A stretch of DNA of 64,000 nt from an uncultured Nocardioides sp. (GCA_902805885.1 CADCUM010000027.1:35458-99457); one strand, 5' to 3'. Counted from the first letter of the stretch, positions 9,949 to 19,285 are shown. Notes: generated from the letters alone by a model not told the origin. Numbers and translations are program-made.

Positions 9949-11103
9949 ATGTCCGCTGTGATGACCGTCGACCTGTCCGAGCTGGACGCGTGGTCCACCC
10001 AGGTCGACCGCGCCAGCGACGACCTGCGCGGGATCGCCCGCAACGGCGCCTCCGGCCTGACCCAGAGCGACTTCGGGCCGATCCTCGAGGTGCTGATGGG
10101 CTCCTACAACGCTCTCCTCCCCCAGGTGAACGAGACGCTGGAGCAGGACGCGGTCCGGATGAAGGACCACGCCGAGGCGCTCAAGGCGACGTCCCGCGAC
10201 TTCACGCTCACCGAGTCGGGGGTGGTCGCCCGCCACCAAGCCCGCAGCGTCGACGGCCGCGACGGGTCGAGCGCGTTCTTCGACGTCGCCGACACGGCCA
10301 TCCGCCGGGCACGGCCCACGGAGTCGGAGCTGCCGCGGGTGAGCTTCGGCTTCCCGTACGACACGGTGTGCGACCTGGTCCGGATGCTCACCGGCTTCGA
10401 CATCCGCGCCGAGCTGGCCGAGAAGATCGGGGGCGACGTGGTGGGCGCCTCGACCCAGGGCTCGTGCTTCGGCAACCTCGGCGGCTCGATGCGCAACGTC
10501 TCGCGCAACCTCGAGAGCGGCGCCGGGACCGTCACCTCGAGCTGGTCCGGCACAGCCTCCGACGCGGCCCTCTCCCAGATGGGCCAGTGGGTCGGCATGC
10601 TCGACACCCAGGCCGGCAAGCTCGTGCAGATGGGCCAGAACATGATCACGGTCTGCAAGGACGCGTGGCAGACGGCCAAGGCCGTCGTCGAGTGCATCAG
10701 GTCGGCCGTGCAGACCGTGTCCTCCGCGCTGGCGACGATGAGCATCCCCGGCGTGGGCTGGGCCCGCGTCGTCAAGGCCGTCTACGACGCCTTCCAGGCG
10801 GTGATGAAGGCCTTCAACGCGATCAAGAAGTTCATCAACATCCTCAAGCAGCTCAAGCAGTACGTCGAGATCGTCAAGACCTTCTTCGACACCGGCAAGC
10901 TCCCCTCCTCGACGCCCTCCGGACCCACCGCGACGGGCACTCCGGGCAGCACGACGCGCGACCCGAGGTCCGTCGAGACCCCGACCGTCGGGAAGCCCTC
11001 GGCTCCCCCCGCCGCCCCGCGGCCGCCGTCGTCAGCCCCGCCGACCGCGACCCCGCCGTTCGTGGCGCCCTCGGTCGCGACCCCGCCGTACGTCGCCCGG
11101 TGA
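9949..11103 (+). CDS. EspC-like + WXG100/EspA-like fusion protein with Pro-rich tail (putative T7SS substrate)
   Basis: AGGAGG RBS; first ~95 aa helical, ending ALKATSRDFTLTE; second domain with SSWSGTASDA (WxG); amphipathic Lys-rich helix; Pro/Thr tail. Confidence 0.65.
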   Translation: MSAVMTVDLSELDAWSTQVDRASDDLRGIARNGASGLTQSDFGPILEVLMGSYNALLPQVNETLEQDAVRMKDHAEALKATSRDFTLTESGVVARHQARSVDGRDGSSAFFDVADTAIRRARPTESELPRVSFGFPYDTVCDLVRMLTGFDIRAELAEKIGGDVVGASTQGSCFGNLGGSMRNVSRNLESGAGTVTSSWSGTASDAALSQMGQWVGMLDTQAGKLVQMGQNMITVCKDAWQTAKAVVECIRSAVQTVSSALATMSIPGVGWARVVKAVYDAFQAVMKAFNAIKKFINILKQLKQYVEIVKTFFDTGKLPSSTPSGPTATGTPGSTTRDPRSVETPTVGKPSAPPAAPRPPSSAPPTATPPFVAPSVATPPYVAR

Positions 11104-11111
11104 CGCCGGCG

Positions 11112-11516
11112 ATGAGCGAGGAGCTGCGCAGCGAGGCAGAGGTCCTGGCCGCCTTCGAGGCGGCGCGGGCCGAGCTCGCCGCGAGCCACGTCGAGCTGCA
11201 GGAGGCGATCGACGACCTCAACTCGCGCCCCCTGCTCACCGACGAGGAGCGGGAGAAGCTCGAGGAGCAGGCCGAGTCGGGCGCCCTGGGCGAGGACATG
11301 AGGACGCTGGTGGGCAAGATCCGCGACGGGGAGGACACCTGGGAGGCGGTCTTCGCGGGCGAGTCCCCCAACGGCGCCCTGCTGCAGGGTCACCTGACCA
11401 CCCAGCTCGAGGAGCACCTCGAGGACATCCAGCTCGCCTGGGAGGACCTCCTGGACGAGGAGGAGGCCCAGGGCAACTACCTCGGGCCCGACGGCCCACG
11501 GCACGCGGCCCCGTGA
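11112..11516 (+). CDS. acidic helical hypothetical protein
   Basis: 134 aa, Glu/Asp/Leu-rich, typical high-GC3 codons; directly follows the WXG gene (alternative GTG at 11100 overlaps its stop). Confidence 0.7.
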   Translation: MSEELRSEAEVLAAFEAARAELAASHVELQEAIDDLNSRPLLTDEEREKLEEQAESGALGEDMRTLVGKIRDGEDTWEAVFAGESPNGALLQGHLTTQLEEHLEDIQLAWEDLLDEEEAQGNYLGPDGPRHAAP

Positions 11517-11525
11517 CCGACCGGC

Positions 11526-11579
11526 AACTACACCGAGGTAGTTCGGCCGAACCCCTGTGACTCGTGTGACTGCTGTGGT
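11526..11579. promoter_or_regulatory. palindrome plus 9-bp-period direct repeats upstream of the cell-wall hydrolase
   Basis: AACTAC-N6-GTAGTT (11526-11543); TGTGAC, TGTGAC, TGTGGT at 11556, 11565, 11574. Confidence 0.5.
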
Positions 11580-11590
11580 TCAGTTCCGCC

Positions 11591-13009
11591 ATGCCCAGTC
11601 CGGCCCCCCGCCCGCTCCGCACCTTCGCCGCCGCCCTCGCCCTGACGCTCGTCCCGGCGAGCGGGGTCGCGACGAACGCCGCCGGCGCGGCCGACCGGGA
11701 CTCCGCCCGATCCTCGGGCCACGGGGCCGCTCGGTCCGCCGCGGCCCCTGCCGGACGGCTCGCCAGCGCGCGCCAGGTCGCCCTCGCCACGCCGGGTGAC
11801 TTCACCGGCTACGGCTTCGACCAGTGCCTCGCGCCCACCCAGCAGGCGATGGACGCCTGGTGGAAGCACTCTCCGTTCTCAGCGGTCGGCATCTACATCT
11901 CCGGCGACTCCCGCGCCTGCCGCGTGCAGCCCCAGCTGAGCCCCACCTGGGTCGCCACGCAGGTCGCCCGCGGCTGGCGCCTGCTGCCCATCGCGCTCGG
12001 CCCCCAGGCCTCGTGCCAGCCCCGCTTCCCCCGCTACGACGACGACTTCAGGATCAGCCCCCAGCCGGCGGGCGGGTACGCCGCCGCAGCCCGCCAGGGC
12101 ACCGCCGAGGCCGACAAGAACGCCGCCGACGCGGCGGCGTACGGCATCGGCCCGGGCAGCACGCTGTGGTACGACCTCGAGGGCTTCGACCTGACCAACA
12201 CGCACTGCCGCGAGTCGGCCCTGGTCTTCACCAGCAGCTGGGTCACCCGGATCAAGCAGCTCGGCTACGTCGCCGGCTTCTACTCCAGCGCCAGCTCCGG
12301 GATCAAGATGCTCGACGACGCGCGACGGCTGCGGCCGGGCCGGTTCGCCCTGCCCGACCGCATCTGGATCGCCCGCTGGGACGGCGCGGCCAACACGTCC
12401 ACGACGTACATCCCGGAGGACGGATGGCGCCCGGGCGGCCGGATGAAGCAGTACCGCGGCGGGCATGACGAGACCTGGGGCGGCGTCACGATCAACATCG
12501 ACAGCAACTGGCTCGAGCTCGGCGCCGGGTCCGTCCCCGTCCCGGAGGCGCGCTGCCCCGGGGTGCGGCTCGGCTACTGGAAGTACCCCACCCTCGCCCC
12601 CGGCTCCGCCCGGGCGACCCGGGTCAAGGTGCTCCAGTGCCTGCTGACCGAGCAGGGGACCTACAGCGGTCCCGTCGACGGCACGTACGGCGCGGCCACC
12701 GTCGCCGCGGCCCGTGCGTGGCAGTCGAGGCGCCGGTTCACGCCCATCGACCGCTTCGAGCAGCGCCACTGGATCGCCCTGCTGGCTGCCGGCACGAAGG
12801 GCGTGGTCAAGCGCGGCTCCACCGGCGAGGGCGTCCACCGCCTGCAGCGGGCGCTGAACGCCGCCGGTGCCGGCCGGTTCCGCGCCTCCGGCGTGTTCGA
12901 CGCCAGGACCGAGCAGGCCGTCCGCACCTACCAGGCCCGGCTCCGGCTCCCCGCGTCCGGCGTGGCCACCCGCCAGACCTGGGCGCGCTTGCAGCAGGGC
13001 AAGGGCTGA
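11591..13009 (+). CDS. secreted DUF1906 (Rv2525c-like) glycoside hydrolase with two peptidoglycan-binding domains
   Basis: Signal peptide; GYGFDQC, AVGIYISG, WYDLEG and KQYRGGHDETWGGVTINID; C-terminal DGTYGAATVAA and GVFDARTEQAVRTYQ PG-binding repeats. Confidence 0.85.
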   Translation: MPSPAPRPLRTFAAALALTLVPASGVATNAAGAADRDSARSSGHGAARSAAAPAGRLASARQVALATPGDFTGYGFDQCLAPTQQAMDAWWKHSPFSAVGIYISGDSRACRVQPQLSPTWVATQVARGWRLLPIALGPQASCQPRFPRYDDDFRISPQPAGGYAAAARQGTAEADKNAADAAAYGIGPGSTLWYDLEGFDLTNTHCRESALVFTSSWVTRIKQLGYVAGFYSSASSGIKMLDDARRLRPGRFALPDRIWIARWDGAANTSTTYIPEDGWRPGGRMKQYRGGHDETWGGVTINIDSNWLELGAGSVPVPEARCPGVRLGYWKYPTLAPGSARATRVKVLQCLLTEQGTYSGPVDGTYGAATVAAARAWQSRRRFTPIDRFEQRHWIALLAAGTKGVVKRGSTGEGVHRLQRALNAAGAGRFRASGVFDARTEQAVRTYQARLRLPASGVATRQTWARLQQGKG

Positions 13010-13029
13010 CGGCCCGCCGCTCGTGCAGG

Positions 13030-13051
13030 AGTCCCCGCACATGCGGGGACT
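13030..13051. terminator. hairpin between convergent genes
   Basis: agtccccgca/tgcggggact inverted repeat. Confidence 0.55.
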
Positions 13052-13069
13052 TCGACAGACCCGAGGGGT

Positions 13070-13513
13070 TCAGGCGGGTGGGCCGAGCAGCAGCGCCAGC
13101 GCGGTCAGAGCGACGACCGCGACGGCTGCCGCCACCAGGCCCTGCCCGGGGCGGCGCACCAGCCACGACACGACCCGCTCGACCAGGGACGCAGGAGCCT
13201 CCGAGCGGAGCCGCCACCGCTCGGCGAGCAGGCCGGAGCGGTCGGCGTACCGCTCGAAGGGGAGGGTGGCGAACGGCGGCACGGCGGCGACCAGGCCCAG
13301 CAGGAGCCTCCCCACCGACCAGCGCTGGTCGACGGCCACCACGACCGCTGCGACGCAGTAGGCGATGAACACCACCCCGTGGACCATGCCGAACACCCGG
13401 ACGCCGAGCTCGGTCGTCTCGGTGACGTACTTGAGGAACATCCCACCCAGCAGCAGCGCCCAGGTGACCGCCTCGGCGCGGGCGACGAGCCGGAACAGCC
13501 TCCGCGGGCTCAC
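13070..13513 (-). CDS. DUF3817 membrane protein
   Basis: FRLVARAEAVTW...GMFLKY...HGVVFIAY...PPFATLPFE. Confidence 0.8.
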   Translation of the reverse strand: MSPRRLFRLVARAEAVTWALLLGGMFLKYVTETTELGVRVFGMVHGVVFIAYCVAAVVVAVDQRWSVGRLLLGLVAAVPPFATLPFERYADRSGLLAERWRLRSEAPASLVERVVSWLVRRPGQGLVAAAVAVVALTALALLLGPPA

Positions 13514-13532
13514 CGCGCGGTCAGGCAGGCGC

Positions 13533-14201
13533 TCATGCGAACGCGGTCTCGACGAGCGAGGTGAAGAACCCCAGTCCGTCGGTGCCCGGGCCCGTGAGCT
13601 CCTCCACGGCGTGCTCGGGGTGCGGCATGAGTCCGACGACGTTGCCGCGGTCGTTGGAGACGCCGGCGATGTCGCGCAGCGAGCCGTTGGGGTTGCCGTC
13701 GAGGTAGCGGGCGACGACCAGCCCCTCGCCCTCGAGGCGGTCGAGGGTCGCCTCGTCCGCGACGAAGCCGCCCTCGCCGTTCTTGAGCACGATCGTCACC
13801 TCCTGGCCCTCGTCGTACGACGACGTCCAGGGGGTGTCGGTCCGCTCGATCCGCAGCCGCTGGTCGACGCAGTTGAACTTGCGGTGGTCGTTGCGGATCA
13901 GCGCACCGGGGAGCAGGTGGGACTCGCACAGGACCTGGAACCCGTTGCAGATCCCGAGCACCGGGACGCCGCGACCTGCAGCCTCGACGACGGCGGTCAT
14001 CACGGGCGCGAAGCGCGAGATGGCGCCGGCGCGGAGGTAGTCGCCGTAGGAGAAGCCGCCCGGCAGGACGATCGCGTCGACACCGCGCAGGTCCTCGTCG
14101 CCGTGCCAGAGCGCGACGGCCTGGTGGCCGCCGAGGGTGACCGCCCGACGGGCGTCGACGTCGTCGAGCGAGCCCGGGAAGGTGACGACCCCGACCTTCA
14201 T
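13533..14201 (-). CDS. purQ: phosphoribosylformylglycinamidine synthase subunit PurQ
   Basis: [17 protein letters not shown] and MPHPE motifs. Confidence 0.97.
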   Translation of the reverse strand: MKVGVVTFPGSLDDVDARRAVTLGGHQAVALWHGDEDLRGVDAIVLPGGFSYGDYLRAGAISRFAPVMTAVVEAAGRGVPVLGICNGFQVLCESHLLPGALIRNDHRKFNCVDQRLRIERTDTPWTSSYDEGQEVTIVLKNGEGGFVADEATLDRLEGEGLVVARYLDGNPNGSLRDIAGVSNDRGNVVGLMPHPEHAVEELTGPGTDGLGFFTSLVETAFA

Positions 14202-14482
14202 CAGCGACCCGCCTCCTGGGCGACCTCGGCCACGGTGCGCTCCTCGGTGTGGACCTCGAAGTCCTCGATCACGGGGTTCGCGAGCAGCGTCCCGGCGATC
14301 CGCTCGACCTCGGCGAGCAGCTCGGGAGTGGCCTCGCCCTCGACCTCGAGCTCGAAGCGCTTGCCCTGCCGCACGTCCACCACGCCGGTGAAGCCGAGGC
14401 GGGGCAGGGCGCCGTGCACCGCCTTGCCCTGCGGGTCGAGGATCTCGGGCTTGGGCATGACGTCGACGACGTAACGAGCCAC
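14201..14482 (-). CDS. purS: phosphoribosylformylglycinamidine synthase subunit PurS
   Basis: [22 protein letters not shown] and LLANPVIE; AGGAG RBS before GTG 14482. Confidence 0.95.
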   Translation of the reverse strand: MARYVVDVMPKPEILDPQGKAVHGALPRLGFTGVVDVRQGKRFELEVEGEATPELLAEVERIAGTLLANPVIEDFEVHTEERTVAEVAQEAGR

Positions 14483-14637
14483 GGGGCGCACTCCTGGGTG
14501 TGGGGCCTGAGCCTGGTCCGGCGGGGCCAGTCTAGGAGGCCGCGGATCGCCGCCCACCACCGGCGGTGGCTCATGGACGGTCCCCGCCGGGGGTACCGAC
14601 GCGGCAGGTCAGGGCCGGCGAGGATCGGAGGGGCGCG

Positions 14638-15489
14638 ATGATCCGCATCGGCATCTCCGGCTGGCGCTACGCGCCCTGGCGCGGCGTGTTCTACCCGAAG
14701 GGCCTGGCCCAGCGACGCGAGCTGGAGTACGCCGCGGGGCGGATGACGTCGATCGAGGTCAACGGCTCGTTCTACTCGCTCCAGCGACCCTCGAGCTACC
14801 GGGCGTGGGCCGAGGCCGTCCCGGAGGACTTCCTCTTCGCGGTCAAGGGGCCCCGCTTCGTCACCCACATGAAGAAGCTCGTCGACGTCGACGCCCCGCT
14901 CGCCAACTTCTACGCCTCGGGAGTGCTCTCCCTCGGCGACCGCCTCGGGCCCTTCCTCTGGCAGCTCCCGCCGAACCTCGGGTTCCACCCCGACCGCCTG
15001 GCCGCCTTCTTCGACCTGCTGCCGCGCCGTACGACGGAGGCGGCCGACCTCGCCGCCAGGCTGCACCAGCCGGAGCGCCTCAAGGAGGGCCCCGACACGT
15101 CCACGCCGGTCGACCGGCCCCTGCGCCACGTCCTGGAGGTGCGGCACCACACGTTCCGCACGGCCGAGTTCTGCGCGCTGCTGAAGGCTCACGACATCGG
15201 CATGGTGGTCGCGGACTCGGCCGGGACCTGGCCGATGTTCGACGAGGTGACGAGCGACCTCGTCTACGTCCGCCTGCACGGCGACGAGGAGCTCTATGCG
15301 AGCGGGTACGGCGACGCCGCCCTGGACCGGTGGGCCGACAAGATCCGCGGGTGGGACGCGGCCGGTCTCGACGTGCTCGTCTACTTCGACAACGACATCA
15401 AGGTGCACGCGCCGTTCGACGCCATCGCCCTGCTGGAGCGCCTGGGGCTGGCACCGGGGGCCGCGAGCCTCGAGGGCCGCCCCACCTAG
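14638..15489 (+). CDS. DUF72 domain protein
   Basis: IGISGWRY, IEVNGSFY, LWQLPP, YVRLHG and YFDND. Confidence 0.9.
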   Translation: MIRIGISGWRYAPWRGVFYPKGLAQRRELEYAAGRMTSIEVNGSFYSLQRPSSYRAWAEAVPEDFLFAVKGPRFVTHMKKLVDVDAPLANFYASGVLSLGDRLGPFLWQLPPNLGFHPDRLAAFFDLLPRRTTEAADLAARLHQPERLKEGPDTSTPVDRPLRHVLEVRHHTFRTAEFCALLKAHDIGMVVADSAGTWPMFDEVTSDLVYVRLHGDEELYASGYGDAALDRWADKIRGWDAAGLDVLVYFDNDIKVHAPFDAIALLERLGLAPGAASLEGRPT

Positions 15490-15550
15490 GTCCGGGGACC
15501 CGGGGTCTCGTGACGATCGCTGCGCGACCTCTCGACCATCGGTGCCGGCG

Positions 15551-15733
15551 TCACGTACGGCGCGCGGCCACCACCACCAGCGCGACCCCGAGCCCGGCCA
15601 CGAGCGGGCCGATGATCGCCCAGGCCTGCACGTCGGTCATCGGGCTGCCCTCGAGGTAGCCCAGGCCCTGCGCGGTCCAGACGGCGCCGATGAGGACGAG
15701 CGCCACGCCGAGGGCGACGAAGAGGGATCGCAT
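15551..15733 (-). CDS. small two-TM membrane protein
   Basis: MRSLFVALGVALVLIGAVWTAQGLGYLEGSPM...; start overlaps the CoA ligase stop. Confidence 0.75.
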   Translation of the reverse strand: MRSLFVALGVALVLIGAVWTAQGLGYLEGSPMTDVQAWAIIGPLVAGLGVALVVVAARRT

Positions 15734-17310
15734 CAGCGCAGCTCGCGCTTGAGGATCTTGCCCGTCGCGGTCATCGGCAGGGACTCCACGACCTCGACCG
15801 TGCGGGGGTACTTGTGCCCGGCCATCTGCTCCTTCGCCCACGCGACGAGGTCCTCGCCCGTCGTGGTCGCGCCGTCGCCCAGGATCACGACCGCCTTGAC
15901 CTCCTCGCCGAGGCTGTCGTGGGGCACCCCGATCACGGCGGCCAGCGACACGTCGGGGTGCGTCATCAGGACCTCCTCGACCTCGCGGGGGTACACGTTG
16001 TAGCCGCCACGGATGATCATGTCCTTGGACCGGTCGACGATGTAGTACCAGCCGTCGGCGTCCTTGCGGGCCAGGTCGCCCGAGCGGAACCAGCCGTCGA
16101 CGATCGCCTCGGCCGTCTCGTCCGGGCGGCCGTGGTACCCCTTCATGATGTTGGGTCCCTTGATCGCGATCTCGCCGACGACGTCCTCGTCGTCGCCCTC
16201 GCCGACAGGGAGGTCGCGGCGCACGCCGGGCTCGGGGTCGATGAGCTTCATCTCGACGCCGGGGATCGGCTTGCCGATCGAGCCGACGCGCACCGGCTCG
16301 CCCCACACCGAGAAGCTGGCGACGGGCGAGGTCTCGGAGAGGCCGTAGCCCTCGAGGATCGTGACGCCGAAGCGCCGTTCGAACTCCTTGTGCACCTCCA
16401 CCGGCAGCGCCGAGCCGCCGGCGACCGCGACCCGCATGCGGGCGGCGAGCCCCGCCACGTCGACCCCGGAGTCGTCGAGGGCGCCGAGCAGGCCCCAGTA
16501 CATCGTCGGGACGCCGGCGAAGAAGGTGACGTCCTCGCGGTCCATGAGAGCCAGCGCCTGCTCGGCGTCGAAGCGCGGCAGCAGCACGATCGTGCCGCCG
16601 AAGGCGAAGCCCGCGTTCATGATCACCGTCTGCCCGAACGAGTGGAAGAGCGGCAGCACGCACAGCAGCGTGTCCGGGCGCTCGGCGTCCGCGTCGAAGA
16701 GCACGTCGCTGGCCATCGCGTTGGACAGCATGTTGCGGTGCATCAGCTCGGCGCCCTTGGGCTGGCCGGTGGTGCCGGAGGTGTAGAGGACGACCGCGGT
16801 GTCGTCGTCGTCCACCTCGACCGTCTCGTACGTCGGCGGCTGCCCGGCGAGGGCCTGGCCCAGGGTCTCGGTGCCCTCGATCGGCGACGGGGCGGCCGGG
16901 TCGGCGGTGACGACGAAGAAGTGCTCGCAGCCCTCCGCCTGCTGGAAGCCCGCGTGCCCCTCCTCCCCGATGGGCAGCTCGGGGGTGCCCTGGAAGCAGA
17001 AGTACGCCGTCGCGTCGCTGTCGTCGAGGTGGTAGGCGACCTCGCGTCCCTTGAGCAGCACGTTGAGGGGTACGACGGTCGCGCCGGCCTTGAGGATGCC
17101 GTGGTAGACGATCGGGAACCACGGGATGTTGGGACAGCTCAGGGCCACCTTGTCGCCGCGGCCGATGCCGCGCGACGCCAGCAGGCCGGCGACCTGGTTG
17201 GCCGCCCCGTCCACCTGCGCGTAGGTCAGCCGGGTCTCCCCCAGCACCAGCGCCGTCCGGTCGGGATGGGCCGCAGCGGAGCGCTCGAGCACGGACGCGA
17301 GATTCGTCAT
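15733..17310 (-). CDS. long-chain fatty acid--CoA ligase
   Basis: YTSGTTGQPKG, EGYGLSETSP, SGDL and TATGKILK adenylation motifs. Confidence 0.92.
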   Translation of the reverse strand: MTNLASVLERSAAAHPDRTALVLGETRLTYAQVDGAANQVAGLLASRGIGRGDKVALSCPNIPWFPIVYHGILKAGATVVPLNVLLKGREVAYHLDDSDATAYFCFQGTPELPIGEEGHAGFQQAEGCEHFFVVTADPAAPSPIEGTETLGQALAGQPPTYETVEVDDDDTAVVLYTSGTTGQPKGAELMHRNMLSNAMASDVLFDADAERPDTLLCVLPLFHSFGQTVIMNAGFAFGGTIVLLPRFDAEQALALMDREDVTFFAGVPTMYWGLLGALDDSGVDVAGLAARMRVAVAGGSALPVEVHKEFERRFGVTILEGYGLSETSPVASFSVWGEPVRVGSIGKPIPGVEMKLIDPEPGVRRDLPVGEGDDEDVVGEIAIKGPNIMKGYHGRPDETAEAIVDGWFRSGDLARKDADGWYYIVDRSKDMIIRGGYNVYPREVEEVLMTHPDVSLAAVIGVPHDSLGEEVKAVVILGDGATTTGEDLVAWAKEQMAGHKYPRTVEVVESLPMTATGKILKRELR

Positions 17311-17322
17311 GCATCCAACCTA

Positions 17323-17355
17323 CTGAGCCCGGTGACGCACGTCACCGGTGCTCAG
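17323..17355. promoter_or_regulatory. palindrome with CRP/GlxR-like core (or terminator hairpin) upstream of the CoA ligase
   Basis: GTGA-cgcacg-TCAC (17332-17345) inside the longer inverted repeat ctgagc-ccggtgacg/cgtcaccgg-t-gctcag. Confidence 0.45.
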
Positions 17356-17783
17356 CCGCGCCGGGACAGGACGCGGGAGGCCCGCCTCAGGTCCGACGCG
17401 ACCGCCGTCGACGCCAGCAGACCGGCCGCGGTCGCCGCGACCACCCAGGGCCCGGCGCCGTTGACCTCGCCCTCGGCGCGCACCCGGCAGCCGCCCGGCG
17501 TCTCGGTGAACCGCAGGGTCAAGGTGGCGGTCACGCCGCGCCACGTGCCCCGCTCCGTCCAGACCTTGTAGGGCACGAGCTCCGTGGTCTCCATGTGGGG
17601 GCGGACGCCGACCGAGGTCGTCTCCCGCCACGCCTGCCCCAGGTGGGGCTCCTCGTCGGCGGGCACCTCGACGGAGCGCAGCGAGGACTGCCACTCCGGC
17701 CGGTTGCGGGGGTCGCAGAGGTAGCGGAAGGCGACCTCGGCGGGGACGGTCATCTCGACCGTCGTCGCGAAGGGGCGGCTCAT
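17352..17783 (-). CDS. SRPBCC (polyketide cyclase/dehydrase-like) family protein
   Basis: [18 protein letters not shown] signature; overlaps the purC stop. Confidence 0.8.
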   Translation of the reverse strand: MSRPFATTVEMTVPAEVAFRYLCDPRNRPEWQSSLRSVEVPADEEPHLGQAWRETTSVGVRPHMETTELVPYKVWTERGTWRGVTATLTLRFTETPGGCRVRAEGEVNGAGPWVVAATAAGLLASTAVASDLRRASRVLSRRG

Positions 17784-18679
17784 CGGAAGGTCTCGCCCGT
17801 CAGGCGCTCGTAGGCCTCGACGTAGCGGGCCCGGGTGCGCTCGACCACCTCGTCCGGCAGCGGCGGCGGCGCCTCCCCCGACGTGCGGTCCCAGCCGGAC
17901 TCCGCGGACGTCAGCCAGTTGCGGACGACCTGCTTGTCGTACGACGCCTGCGTCCGCCCGGGCTGCCAGTCGTCGGCCGGCCAGAAGCGCGAGCTGTCGG
18001 GCGTGAGCACCTCGTCGGCCAGGACCGTGGTCCCGTCGGGCCGGCGTCCGAACTCCAGCTTGGTGTCGGCCAGGATGATGCCCCGCTCGCGGGCGATCCC
18101 GTGCGCCTTGCCGTAGACCTCCATCGTGAGCATCCGCAGCTCGGCCGCGGCGTCGTCACCGACCTCCTCGACGACCGCCTCGTAGTCGACGTTCTCGTCG
18201 TGGTCCCCCACCGCGGCCTTGGTCGCCGGCGTGAAGATCGGCTCCGGTAGCCGTGACCCGTCCTGCAGCCCGGCGGGGAGCGGGATCCCGCACACCTCAC
18301 CCGTGCGCTGGTAGTCGAGGAGCCCCGTCCCCGTGAGGTAGCCCCGCGCCACGCACTCCACGGGGAACATCTCGAGTGCCTCGCAGACGACGGCGCGCCC
18401 CTTGACCTCGGCCGGCACGTCGGTGGAGACGAGGTGGTTCCGGACCAGTCCGGAGAGCTGCTCGAACCACCACAGCGACATCCGGGTGAGGAGCTCTCCC
18501 TTGTCCGGGATCGTCGTCCCCAGCACGAAGTCGTACGCCGAGATCCGGTCGCTGGCGACCATGAGCAGCTGCCCTGCGTGCGGGCCGGTGTCGAGGCGGT
18601 AGAGGTCTCGCACCTTGCCCGAGTGGAGGTGGGTGGCTCCGTCGAGCACCGGGGCGGCGGGGATGTTGGGGTCCGGCAC
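17780..18679 (-). CDS. purC: phosphoribosylaminoimidazolesuccinocarboxamide synthase
   Basis: [32 protein letters not shown] and [12 protein letters not shown]. Confidence 0.97.
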   Translation of the reverse strand: MPDPNIPAAPVLDGATHLHSGKVRDLYRLDTGPHAGQLLMVASDRISAYDFVLGTTIPDKGELLTRMSLWWFEQLSGLVRNHLVSTDVPAEVKGRAVVCEALEMFPVECVARGYLTGTGLLDYQRTGEVCGIPLPAGLQDGSRLPEPIFTPATKAAVGDHDENVDYEAVVEEVGDDAAAELRMLTMEVYGKAHGIARERGIILADTKLEFGRRPDGTTVLADEVLTPDSSRFWPADDWQPGRTQASYDKQVVRNWLTSAESGWDRTSGEAPPPLPDEVVERTRARYVEAYERLTGETFR

Positions 18680-18688
18680 GCGCTGAGC

Positions 18689-19285
18689 CTAGCGGCGCAG
18701 CCACCAGGCCATCCGCCGTGTGACCCACGGCAGGAAGACGTACGTCATCAGCGGCGTCATCACGGTGGTGACGAGGACGACGCGCGGCACCAGGTGCCAG
18801 TCGCCGATCGTGTGCGACGCCACCCAGTTGGCCGTCAGGCTCAGCGGCAGGAAGACCATGAAGATCACGACCATCTGCTTCCACCGCGGCGGCGCGGGGG
18901 CCTGCTGCACCATCGCCCGGGCCGTCGACTCGACGGTCGCGGGCTCGTCGAACCAGCCCTCGATCCCCGTACGGCGCTCGACCCGCGTCTCCTCGATCTG
19001 CCCCTGCGCCGCCTCGAGCCACCACGCCCGCTGGGGCGAGGCCTCCCACGCGGCCAGGGACTCGGCGTCGGCGAACCGGTAGAGCATGTGCCACTCCGGC
19101 GAGTCCTCGCTCGGCCGGACCCAGCCGGACCCGAGGAAGCCCTCGAACCGCTCCGCCAGGGACGTGCCGGCCTGCACCCAGGCGAGCATCTCCGTCGTCC
19201 GCGACGGGTCGACGTGACGGGTCACCGACACCGTGACCGGGGCGGTGCCGAGCGTGTCGAGGGGAGGGCGGACGGGTGCGGACAT
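18689..19285 (-). CDS. antibiotic biosynthesis monooxygenase-like protein with C-terminal TM pair
   Basis: FEGFLG, WEASPQR, TGIEGWF, PPRWKQ and PLMTYVFLP. Confidence 0.8.
   Translation of the reverse strand: MSAPVRPPLDTLGTAPVTVSVTRHVDPSRTTEMLAWVQAGTSLAERFEGFLGSGWVRPSEDSPEWHMLYRFADAESLAAWEASPQRAWWLEAAQGQIEETRVERRTGIEGWFDEPATVESTARAMVQQAPAPPRWKQMVVIFMVFLPLSLTANWVASHTIGDWHLVPRVVLVTTVMTPLMTYVFLPWVTRRMAWWLRR

Noticed and set aside
8128-10239. 703-aa ORF read as one large protein
   Set aside because: Only the part from ATG 9375 is protein-like; the upstream extension overlaps the real 9372-9737 and 9949-11103 genes
14483-14637. Purine or ZTP riboswitch upstream of purS-purQ
   Set aside because: The leader after the TAGACT -10 is only about 40 nt and has no recognisable aptamer consensus
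15733-19285. Secondary-metabolite cluster (CoA ligase, SRPBCC cyclase-like, monooxygenase-like genes)
   Set aside because: No PKS, NRPS or carrier protein; the genes are interleaved with purC and are common stand-alone families
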